64,000 bases of DNA, from the NCBI GenBank assembly GCA_050273025.1, contig CP158635.1, positions 19,034,001 through 19,098,000 on the forward strand, written 5' to 3'. The stretch is from Cenococcum geophilum (lineage: Eukaryota). The notes under the pieces are model-generated. The model saw only the letters and a program-made list of their open reading frames with translations, ran no database searches and was not told the DNA's origin. Positions 52,380 to 64,000 of this stretch are shown here, in pieces. Made by a program: the position numbers and the translations under genes. Numbering within the stretch: position 1 is the first letter of the stretch; every line of letters starts with the position of its first letter.

Positions 52380-52990
52380 GGTTATTTTGAACCCTTTTTG
52401 ACTTCCTTGCCTGTTTGAGTTTATTTTGCAATTGCAGCCTAAGTTATTTGGCTTCGTTGGCTTTCTGTAGAGTGACCATTTTAGCCGCAACTTCCCTCTC
52501 TCGCTATACCTTATCCTGTACACGCTGTTCCTTCCTTTGTTCCACTAAACGTCTCTTCTCATCCTTATGTAGTTACCGTTAAATCTTTTTATTAGCTTTA
52601 AGAGCTGCCTTACGCTTCTTGGCTTCCTCTTGTTCCGTTAAAAGGTCGCGAGCTTGTTGCACCTCCGTAGGACTGTAGAATATAGCCCCGCCGTTGTTCT
52701 GTGCAGCAAGCTGGTGAAAAAGAGGTTTCTAGCGTTAGCGCTTCTGCTTATTCTTAAGAGCTCGCTGGTAGCCTTGAATTCGCGATTTAAGAAGGATATT
52801 CGTTGCTGCTAGGTTCTTAATTGTATTAGTGGGCTCTTGGACTCTTGAGTTAAAAACGTTGGCAATACCATCCTTAAGCTTCCTTTTGATCCTTTTTCAA
52901 TCGGCTACCGTTAACACTAACTTACGAGGCTCACTAAACGAAAGCGTTTCTTGTTGATCAGGACGATTAGGAATGGGAACTCTGTCCATT
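52380..52990 (-). mobile_element. pogo/Fot1-like transposase C-terminal relic (boundaries approximate)
   Basis: Minus strand LAATNILLKSRIQGYQRALKNKQKR*R*KPLF...GGAIFYSPTEVQQAR, typical of fungal pogo-like transposase tails. Confidence 0.65.
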
Positions 52991-53128
52991 GAAGTTGGCT
53001 CTAGAAGCTATCTATATACATGAGGTAGGTGGCAAAAAACTAACGGCGATGCCGACAACAATATGTAACTATTACCCAATTGCCACCCGGTCAATATTGC
53101 CACTCAGTCGGTAATAGGTAATAAATAG

Positions 53129-54061
53129 CAGTAATCTTATTGGATTAGAGTGGAGTAGATTTAACCCCTAAATCCACTCCATACACCAAAAAGCTAGTGG
53201 AGCTTCAGGACTCCAATACAGCTCCAGATTAAATATATACTATAAATAGTAAGTCTTGGCATTAGGTAAGTATTTAGGTAAGAAAGAAAGATTCAATTAA
53301 GCTTATTAAATAGAGCCCAAATTGCTTAGTCTAATATACGCAGCAACTCGTGCCTTCAAGGCCTCCTTTAGTAATATTAATAGTAGTAAGCTAACGCAGT
53401 AGACCTTTTGGTTGACACAATAGGAAGCTCTTACAACTTCTTTAGCTTCTTATAAAGGTAATAGTAGTAGTATATTATTAAGCCGCCGCTTTTTTTTTTA
53501 CTATAGATCTTTACCTTAAAGCTATATTAGTAACGTACATTTCTTTATTAAGGCGATACAACAAATATAGTTTCGGCCCTATAGCTTAAGCTTTAGCACC
53601 TCCTCTATATTGTTGGCGTTTAGATTAATTAATTTAGGGGTAAGGATAACTTTATTAGAGTATAAAGCTAGCTAAACTAATAGATATTATTCCATTTTAG
53701 AGGGAGCTAAATATAATACTATAATCGTAAGTATAGATATAGATAGGTAATAGTAAAAGTAATAGCAGCAGCAGGAGAGTAAGCGGGCGTCCTAGATTCT
53801 ATAGCTAATATACTACTTTACCAGACAATAAGACAACGGTAAACCCGTTAAAGTTGCCGATTAGCTTTATATTATATACTAACTCCTTAGCGCTCTATTC
53901 CTCCTCAGCCTTACTTTAAATTAGGTATAGATCTAGAGCTCTAAGAGCCAAATTAACCTCAGATCTACTCTAATCCACTAATTAAAAGCCTAACTCTAAA
54001 TCTATATTAAGCCCCAATCCACCTAAAGCTCTAAATAGACCCCGCTCTAATAAAATCACTA
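53129..54061. mobile_element. Non-autonomous hAT-like DNA transposon
   Basis: TIRs cagtaatcttattgga / tctaataaaatcacta; 8-bp TSD ataaatag (53121-53128) / ataaataa (54062-54069). A related end fragment lies at ~54501-54634. Confidence 0.65.
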
Positions 54062-55049
54062 ATAAATAAATATCAATTAGTAGTCCGTATATTAATAAGT
54101 AAGTAAAAAATAAGGACTCTATCTATTTAAACTATAAATAAAAGAAATTATTTATATATAAGGTAGGTATTGGAAATAGGAAAGGTAAAGTATATAACTA
54201 AAATAGGGGTAGTAGTATAACCGGAATAGGAATAAGGATAGGGTAATAAAAATAGGTCAATAGGTAATAAAAATCCAACTTAGGTTAACATTTCTATAGT
54301 AGCTTCTTTTATCTAAAACAACCTCTAGCTTAAAGGGTAAGGGCTAATCTTTCCTATCTACTTTATACGTTCTTTACTATAAAAGCTCTACTATAGGCCG
54401 CCTAAAATAGTTAGAAAAAGTCTCTCTTAGTAAAACGCGAGAAATCTTCATTATTAAGGGTAAACTGGTTTAATTCCTAGCTATATAACATAGCAAGCAG
54501 TAGTAATCTTTTTAGATTAAACTGGAGTAGGTCTAGGCTCAAATTTACTCTACTAGTATATTAAATACTAGAGCCCTAGGAGCTCTATAGAGTTCTAAAG
54601 CAAATATATACTATAAATAGTAAGTCTTAGCATAAATATAGTGCTAAGGAGGTAGAGGTGGCAAATATTACTAGTATTAAATTAGGTTCTTTACTTAATA
54701 TCCTTATTAACTTCTTTATTCTTATCACCTTAATAGCAGCAAACTCTACCTCTAATACCTCCTTCTTACGCTTATACTATATCGGTAACATTTATATTTT
54801 AGTATTTTTAGGCATAACACTAAATATACTTCTTGCCGTTCCTTCCTTAATATATTAGTTCCGTTTAGGCTAATTTCTTTAAAAGTAATAAGGATATTAT
54901 CTAAGGCAGGTATATAGATAGGGAAGAATTGTTCTATATTAGTTAGTAAGGAATAATACTAAAAGGGTAAGAGGTAATACTAAGAGGGAGGTAAAAAAGG
55001 TAGTAGTATAAGGTAAGGATATAAATAGGGAGTCTAATAATAAAATAAT

Positions 55050-56982
55050 AAGGTATATTATATAGACAGAGACAAATCCTTAAGGGAAAAGGAGGAGTCT
55101 ATATGCGAGGTAAAAAGGGGTTTCCCTAGGTATATATAGAGCACGTGCCTTATAGGTAAGTCACCCCTAGGTTACCCTAGGGTCGCCCATACCTTACGGC
55201 TATATAACTATCTACTTAGGTTTTACCTAATAATACCCCCCCCTTTAAAAAGGGTTATCCCTAATCCTTTATATACTTAAGCCTTAATAAAACCCCATAA
55301 AAAACCTTAGTAAGGAAAATTTTTAAAGGGAAAAGAGTGTCTTAATTTTACGTATAGAGAGACAAGTAGTATATATACACGGCGCGAAGATATTAAGGAA
55401 CTTTAACCAACGGTCAAAGTTATTTAATTAGTTAGATTTGCCTTACTAAAACTCCCCCGCATGTAACTAAGCTAGTAGCGATTTTATATACCCAGTATAG
55501 AAAATCCTAATTAGTTTATTTAATAGGTAGAGCTAATAGAGCTCAATACCGTCGCCTAAATTTAGTAGACTAGAAATATTTTAAAAGCTTACTTATATAG
55601 GCAGGTCGCTGGTACCTCGTGGGTTAGTTATAGGTTATTTATATATAGCCAGATTTATAAACGGTAAAGCTATATATCTATTAAATCCGCCGCTAACCCT
55701 ACTTTAGCCTTACGCTATACCAGCGTAGCGCTATATATACTTCGTAGGTAAGTTATAGGTTACTTATATACAGCCAGGTTTAGGACGGCAAGGCTATATA
55801 CCTATTAAATCCGCCGCTAACTTATACTTTAGCCTTACGCGTTATCTATATAGTATATATATAGAATAGTATAAGTTATCGGTATAGATTACTACTAGTA
55901 GGTTACTAGTAGGTTATAAACCCTAGTTAAATAAACCCCGGTTATAAATAGGCCTTTTCTCTAATATATAAGCAATCTGCTTAACTAGTATAGAGTAATA
56001 AACTAGGTCTAAAAAGGGTGCTTTTTAAATTAAGCTTTATTACTACCATACGCCGTAACCTTACCTATAAGTCACTAGCATCACCAAGTTACGTTAGAGT
56101 GTAGCTTATATAGGATATTAATAAGTCAAAACTTTACCCCGTATATACGCCGCAGTTCTTATAGCAATCATTACTTATTCTTTAATCCCTTAGAACGTCC
56201 TCTACTCCGCTTTAATACAGGTTTATTACGGAACCCCACCGCAGGGGCCTCCATAGAAGAGCCCCGTGCTCTCGCGTACACCTCGCATACAGCTTATATC
56301 AGCTACGCGTAGGTATATCACCTCCTTACGCCCTCAACCCTTACGATCGATCGCGTAACGTCTTGTAGACTCCTCGAATATATACGCTCTGTAGCCACTG
56401 CCCACGTTCCGTGACAAGGTTATATTTTAACAGCGGCGCTTACTTTTCGCCTACACTTTAGCTATAGGGCTAGGGTGTCCCGCTTGCGGTACTCATCTAG
56501 TAATTATTAACAATTCTTAAGTTTTATCTCGTATTTCTATTTATTATACTTATTTAGCCATCCTAGCTATTTAATAAGGTACTATGGTTATCTAGCATAA
56601 TCCTAGTAGGCAACAATTACTTCTACTTCCTAGCTGCCTTCCTTAAGCTCTTTTACTACTAGGGGTTAAAACCTAGGGCGTAACCTATAAGGCTCTAGTA
56701 GGGAGATATAGAAGACTAGGTAGAGCTATACTATAGTAAGTAAGAGCTCTAGCTTATATACTTACTACCTTACGCGCTCTAAAATTTAAAACGGTCCTAT
56801 AAACTTATAGTTAAGCTTTTTATAGGGACGTTTTATACGGATATTCTTAAAGGAGAGTAGGACTTATTTACTGACGGCGAAATGCTTGGCCAGATAGTGA
56901 TAATTATAGTATTTTACCTAAAGCTTTTAGGCGTATATTATTAACGCCGCCGCTGCCTTATATATAAGGCGTAGGCGTTATA
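55050..56982 (-). mobile_element. 3' part of Gypsy chromovirus F (LTR ~55050-55233, left edge uncertain), interrupted by element E
   Basis: PPT complement ccccccccttt after 55233. Minus-strand chromodomain relic (WEVE.IV...YL.KW.GW...) at ~56480-56640. Confidence 0.6.
56224..56416. repeat. Solo LTR (193 bp)
   Basis: tattacggaac...gttccgtgaca inverted ends; TSD aggtt on both sides. Confidence 0.85.
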
Positions 56983-59900
56983 TATTACGGACGCTTTAAG
57001 TACAATGTTATGACTACTTAGAGAAGAGTTGGAAGAAGCTAGTTGGTTAATTTAGGTACGGTCTAGGATAGAGCCGATAGAGCTATGTGATGAGGAATAG
57101 TAACTAAGGTTATATAACGTAATCTGTATAATCTATAGGATCTATATAATCTGTAATAGAGTAAATAGAGTATACATATATTACGTATAAGAAGGATTTT
57201 ATAGGAGTACGGTCGTGTATTTAAAGGACTATAGTCCCTACCTAGATAGTTTCTTCCTTATAGTATTTCTTAGAATATAATTAGAGTTAATCTATTAGGT
57301 AACTACTCTACTAGTTATTATTACGTTATTAACTTTATCTTATATTACCTATATACCTAGCCTAATAACGAGCCTATTATAGTACCTACTACAAGGTTCC
57401 GTTATATAATTACTACCTAGTTACGGTATTAAGTATAGAAAGTTAAATAATATGCCACTAAAAGCAGCCACTATAACGCTATTGACGGCGGCAACTACTT
57501 TAAGGTTAGGGGGTAACACTAGTATAGCGGACACTAACTTTTAGCAACCTGTGACGGTTGGATAACTATAAGAGATAGTTAACTAGTTAATAACAAATAA
57601 TACAGTATTAGAAGAAAGGATTAATAGGATAGGAGCAGTAAAGATTAAGCTACTATTAATTAAGAGATACTTAGGAGAAAGATTAAAGCTTAAAGGATTT
57701 CTTATATAAATATACTTTAAGGTTACGTAGGAGGGAGCAAAGCTGCCTATACCTATAGATCGAATAGTATATATAGGACTGTTTCTATTAAGAAGGGCAC
57801 TTAAATAGTTTAAGCCTTACCTTACGGAGATATAAGTAAACGGAATGACGACCACCAATTAAGAGGTGCGGTTTATATTTTTAAGCTAGGAAGGGTTTAC
57901 AGAGCGACTTATACAAATGTTTGGAGACCTAAAGGCAATAACTATAGCGGAAAGAAAGCTCTAAGATATTACGCAGCGAACCTTAGTAATTAAGTATATA
58001 ATATAGTTCTAGACGCTAGTAACGCAAGTTAAGTAGAATAATAAGGCGCTTATAGTATAGTATAAGTAAGGACTTAAGGCTAAAGTTTAGGACGTAATTA
58101 TCTTAATAGAAGATGCGGATACCCTAAGAGAACTAATAGATTAAGTAATTAAGATTAATAATTAGATCTACTAAAGGGAATAGGCTAAGAGAGGCTAAAA
58201 TAGAGTTTTATAGTTATATAAGGCGCAGAGTACATAATAACCAAAGCTAAGTTAGAAGCTATAGTACGGCGTAGAGCTAATAGACCTAAGTAGTACCAAA
58301 GAAGCCCATAAGAGATAGAGTAAGAAACTATAAAAACCTAAAGGTTAAGGATCTAGTAATTATAGGACTAAGGAGTAGAGGCTAAACTAGGGATCTTAAT
58401 AGTAGAAGATGTTTAGGCGGACTCTATAATAAAGTTAATAGTTTAAAGATAGAGCTTATATAAATTGCGGAAAATAAGGTTACTTTACAAGGGATTATAA
58501 AGATAGTTAAAGTTATTATACAATAAAGGGAACCATACTAGCAGTAGGAGACACATATATATAGAGAGATAATAGTATACTACGAAAAACAAAAGAATGT
58601 TTAATTAAAAGTTTTGCGTTCTATTATAACAACGCATACCAAATTTATAAAAACGCTAAGTACGGCGTAAGTTATTAGCTATAGAAGCTAATAACTTTAG
58701 AGTATAAAGGAACTAACGAACTAGTTCGCAGATCGGATATTAAGGATAATAAATTTAATATAGGCGAAACATTCCATAATAATAAGGCAATAAAGGCAGC
58801 TTACTAGGAGTATGTAAACCTTAAAGATGTTATAAAAAAAGTAGAGGATAATTCCACTATAGAATAGGGAATATTAGCAGGAATTAAGACCCCGCTAGAT
58901 ATAATATCTATCGCTTTATAAGACGCAAGAGAAGTAGAATAGCGAACTATTTTGGCACTTAATAAAGGCAAGAAGCTAAAGGCTTAAGATTCTTAAGATA
59001 AGATAAGAGATGACTAAGATTTTTAAAACGAGATAAGGTATACCTAAGGACCTACAACGAATAAAAACCGATGGAGTAGGGCAGTAGCTTAGTTTAAAGA
59101 TATACAAATAAGCTTAGGACAGAGTTTCCTATAGGTATAAGATTCTTAAAATAAAATAAGTAAGATTTAAAACTCTTAAGATAAGATAAGGACACCTAAG
59201 CCTAGTTAGACTAAGGTAGGAGTAAAGCTTAAGATAGAAGCAAGCTTAGGATTAAGAATCCTATAGAACTAAGATTTTAAGACATAAATAAGGACTATTA
59301 ATAAGATTAAGAAGTAGGAGGACTTTAAGGATCTACTTAGGAGACGAAAACTAAAAAAAACTATAATAGAATTTAGAGCTAAAATTATTATATAGCAATA
59401 ACAGAAATTGGATTAAAGGACTAATATACTAGGACGTATTAGGGACAGAGTACCTGTATAAAGAATCACTAATAGGCCTAAAACAGGCACACTAAGAGCT
59501 AAGTGGCTTACTAAACTAGAGAACGAAGAGGATTTAGAAATCCTAACTAGGTTTAAAAAACAATATATAAAAGGCTATTATAATACAGTAATAAGAAGAT
59601 ACTTCCTTACGGACAAGCCGTATATACTTTAGCAGCTATACTAAAAGTAGTATAGGCAAAGGCATAATAATAAGTAGGAAGATTTCTATATATAGTTAGA
59701 TAAAAAAGTTATCTAGGACTACCCTATTACAGAAAAGGCTATAAGTCACATTAAAGGAGCCTTAATTATAATATTAAAAGATCTAAAGGAACGTTTAGAG
59801 GACTAGAGAAGCAAAAGGCGTATCTTAGTACCTACAAATAAAGTCGCGACGTTTAAATTAACATAATATAGGTTTAAACTTAAGGATAAAGACAAGCTAA

Positions 59901-62900
59901 GAGTTAACCTAAGACACTAAGTATACCATACGTTAGTATAAATTGCATGTGTAAATAATATATATAATATACACAGAGTACCTAAGAATAAGTACTAAAA
60001 ATACCCTATAAGAATATATTAGATAATAGAAAAATAAAAGTACTAAAATGCTAAATATATATATAGTTAGCATCTAATAGAAGTTTAGGAGTTAGGAAAC
60101 TTAATACTTTAGCTAAAAAAATTCCTTATAGAAGAATACCTAGACGGATAATAGTAGTGGAAATGCCTAGAGAATACGTGTCTATAGTATATTAAAGACA
60201 AAAAGCAAACTAAGTATTAGCTAAAAGTGGATTAAGTATAAATAAGATTAAGTAGCTAATAGTTAGGAAAAGTGAAGGCCTATAGAACTAGAGGGAACTA
60301 GTAGTAGAGCCTTAGACCCTTAAAGGAATTTAAGAATAATACCTAAATTTATAAGTTAAATAGTAAAATTAACAGTTTAAAGCACTAATAGATAGTAGAG
60401 TAATAAGGAACCACATCTTACTAGCAGCAGTTAAAAGAATAGGATTACTACACAGAAAAAAGGAATGTCCTTACCTATTAGTAACAATTTTAGGAGATCT
60501 AATAGCCTACGGAGGAGGCATTATTAACCTTAAAATAGGACCTATTTAGCTAACTATTAAAGGGAGATAAATTAAGATGTCTTTTAATATATTACTATTA
60601 GGGAATAATAAGGCAGTATTAGGAATACTTTAGTTACAGAAATATAATCTAAAGATTAATTAGGTTATAGGTTAAGTCAATATTAAAGATACTTAAAGCC
60701 ACAAGATGCGATAATAAGCTAAGTTAGTATAATACTAAGTAGGAGCAACCTATAAAGAAACGGAAAAAGGACTAAGTTATATACTAAAGAGATACTATAA
60801 GTATGGTAAGAAACTATAGTCACCAGAAAGTAAAAAGCTGTTAGAGTATATAGTATAGGACTATAAAATAGAATTAGAACTAGAAATAAGTCTAAAATTC
60901 TTTTTAATCTATAAGCTTACTAAAGAAGAAGGTAGAGCGCTAAAGGAGTTTATCTAGGAAAATCTATAAAAGGGATATATTAAACTATCGCAGTCATTAG
61001 CAAGTTATCTAGTACTATTTATACTAAAAAAGAATAGCAAACTAAGACTATATATTAACTATAAACAGTTAAACAGCATTACTAGAAAGGATAGGTATCC
61101 TTTACCTTTAATTAGCAAAATCTAAGATAGGATAGGCAACGCGCAAATCTTTACAAAGATAGATCTAAGATAGGCGTACTACTAGATTAGGATTAAGGAA
61201 GGCAATAAATAAAAGGTAGCCTTTAGGTTAAAAAAAGGACTATATAAGCTATTAGTTATATAATTCAGGCTTATAAACGCACTAGCAACGTTTTAGAAGT
61301 GTATTAATAATATATTAGGAGAATACTTAGATAAGTTTATTATAGTATACCTTAACGATATTATTATCTACTTAATAACTAAGGAAGAATACGAGGAATA
61401 CATTAAATAGGTATTAAAGAGACTATAAAAGGAATAGATACTAGTAGCAATTAAAAAATACGAGTTCTTTACCAGAAAAACCGATTTTATTAAATTTATT
61501 ATTAAACTAGGCTAACTTAATATAAATCTAAAGAAGATTAAGGCTATAGTAAATTAGCAAGAACTAGAGAACGTTACGCAGTTAAGATTATTTCTAGGGT
61601 TTTATAATTACTATAGAAGGTTTATAGCGTAGTAGTTAAAAGATATTAAACCATTTACGCGGTTAACAAAGAAAGAAGAACTATAGGTATAGGGAAAGAA
61701 ATAGTAAAAGCTATTTAAGAAAGTTAAGGAGTTATTCACCCAGGAGCTAGTTCTTAAAATCTATTAACTAGGTCTAGAGACGGTTATAGAAATGGATATA
61801 TTAAACTATATACTAGGGGTATACTTTATATAAAAACATTAAAATAGATAGCACCTAGTGGTATACTATAGTTAGAAGATAACACCACTAGAATTAAACT
61901 ATAACATTTATAATAAGGAGTTGTTAGGTATAGTTACAGCACTAAAGAAATAAAGAGCATTCTTATAAGGCATAGAAAAACTATTTATAGTTAAGATAGA
62001 TTATAAAAACCTAATAGGATTCCTAACAACGAAGGAACTTAACTAAAGATAGGTTAAATAGGCAGAGATGCTTACAGAATACTATTTTAAGATTTAGTAT
62101 ACTAAAGGAATAAACAACACACAAGCAGACGCTCTAAGTTAAAAAGCTAAACTATAAAGCGATAAAAAGCCATTAGGGGCTTTACTACGAAAAGATATAA
62201 ATAGACTAATTAAGTACAATTATTTAAAAATTATAGCAACTTAAGAGAAACTAGATAGAGTTTACAAGTTACCAAAGAGCTTTTAGGCGCAAAAGATCTT
62301 TAAAGCACAGCTAGAAGAATAGTTAAAGTATCTAGAGAAAAAAAACACTGTATAAATATAGAGAGGTAAGGTATATTTTAAGAAGCATAGCAGAACACTT
62401 TATAGAAGATTTCTATAAGGGAATAACTTAAGGATACAATAGAGCCACGGGCTTAGTATTAAGACTTTAAGAGGAGTATATTATTAACGGAATCTAGGGC
62501 TTAGTATAAAAAGTTATAAGAGAATGTCTAGATTACTAAAGAAATAAACTAACGAGGCATAAGCTATATAGAGGGCTACAACCTATTAAAATACTAAAAA
62601 GATTATAGGAAGTCATATTATAGGACTTTATTATTAAGTTACTAAGGTTAAAAGACCCTATTACCGGATAAGATTATAACGCGATCTTAGTAATAGTAGA
62701 CAAGCTTATAAAGTGGGGATACTTTATAGCATACACAGAAGAAATATTAGCAGAAGATATCGCTAGAATTTATATTAAGGAAGTGTTTATAAGATATAGA
62801 GTACTAAGTAAAATTATATCTAACAGAGATCTAAGATTCGTAGTAGTATTTTAGGAGGTATTCTTAGCAGAGTAAGGAGTTTAAGCAGTAACTTCTACTA

Positions 62901-64000
62901 TATATTATTTACAGACAGATAGTTAAACGGAAAGATTAAATTAAATACTAGAGCAGTATCTAAAACATTATTGTTTGAATGTAAATAGGTTACATGACAT
63001 AGTCATGTGACCTGCTTCGCTTCCGTCGCTTGGACCCACTTTCTATAGAGTATATAGAGGCCTACGTGGCCTACTTAATACAAGTCAGTCACATCCACAC
63101 AGAGCATACTAGTACTATACGTCTATAGTGCTACGTGCCCTGTGGAAGACTCACTACCCGGGAGACGCTTTATATCATGTAGAGTGATACAAACAATTAT
63201 ATTAATTATACACAGAATAATTAGGTATTACTATTACTAGTTATATAGTTTATATATAATATAACACCTTAAGAAGGAATAGGCATATTACTATTTAAGG
63301 CAAATTATAGATATAAGCTAAGAATATTGTTATTACTATAATAAGTAAAGAAGACAAGTAGTATAGCTAAAGAAAGGATAAAGATATTAATAAATCTTTA
63401 TATAGACCTTATAGAATTAGTAAAAAAGGTATAAGAGAGAATAAAAAAGTACTATAATGCTAAGAGATCTAAGGGACCAGATCTTAAGGAGGGAGATAAA
63501 GTATAGCTACTATATAAAATTTTTAAGAGTTAACTAAGCAAGAAGTTAGACTACGTTAGACTAGGACCTTTTAAAATTATATAAAGAATTTTACCGGTTA
63601 TATTTAAGTTAAATCTACTAGCTAAAATAAAGATCTACCCTATATAGTATATCGTAATGCTAGAGCCAGTATACGGGAATATGAAGCTACTAGTTTACGA
63701 AGTAGACATATATAGAGGATAAAAAGAAGACAAATAGTAAGTTTTAAAGATCGTTAGTTATAAGAATATTAACGATAAAATATAGTATAAGGTTAAGTAA
63801 ATAGGCTATAACAAGACTACCTAAAAACTACTAGAAAATCTAAAGAACGCTATAGGAAAGGTATAGGAGTATTAGAAGAGATTAGGTTAGGTAACATTAA
63901 TAATAAAAAATCGCTAAAAAATAAGTTACCTAAGGGGGACCCAAGAGAAGCAGCTACTAAGTTATTTAGATCTGTTTCCTTTTTAACTAAAAGAGAATCC
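56983..64000 (+). mobile_element. Ty3/Gypsy element E (same family as B), runs off the window
   Basis: 5' LTR 56983-57406 homologous to 8675-9099; internal sequence colinear with B through the chromodomain. Confidence 0.92.
62972..63195. repeat. Solo LTR (224 bp) inserted in the integrase of E
   Basis: tgtttg...caaaca ends; TSD attat; retains many CA/TG dinucleotides. Confidence 0.85.

Noticed and set aside
1..64000. CRISPR arrays, rRNA or tRNA genes
   Set aside because: None seen; short periodic repeats are LTR-internal arrays in a eukaryotic genome.

Overview
Filamentous ascomycete (Pezizomycotina) genomic DNA with strong RIP damage (excess TpA, stop-riddled transposon ORFs). A ~18.5-kb GC-balanced gene island (~33.7-52.3 kb) lies between two RIP-mutated transposon nests. 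The island holds RPL6, RPN13, the complex I ESSS/NDUFB11 subunit, a DHX35-like DEAH helicase, SPC25, an RRN6-like gene, a 9-exon DUF3237-like gene, and two pseudogenes (Rho-like GTPase; phosphodiesterase). The left nest resolves into four Ty3/Gypsy elements with LTR pairs and 5-bp TSDs (two of them nested inside a third), two LINE 3' ends, and a ~0.96-kb split-direct-repeat element. It also carries the main finding: two independent insertions (2085-3102 minus, 6883-7903 plus) of a ~1.02-kb non-coding retroposon. Each has a 13-15-bp TSD, a first nucleotide that begins a predicted HDV-like self-cleaving ribozyme, and a 3' tail resembling that of a neighbouring LINE. The right nest has a pogo relic, a hAT-like non-autonomous element, two Gypsy elements and two solo LTRs. 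All calls come from manual reading; no database search or folding program was run.
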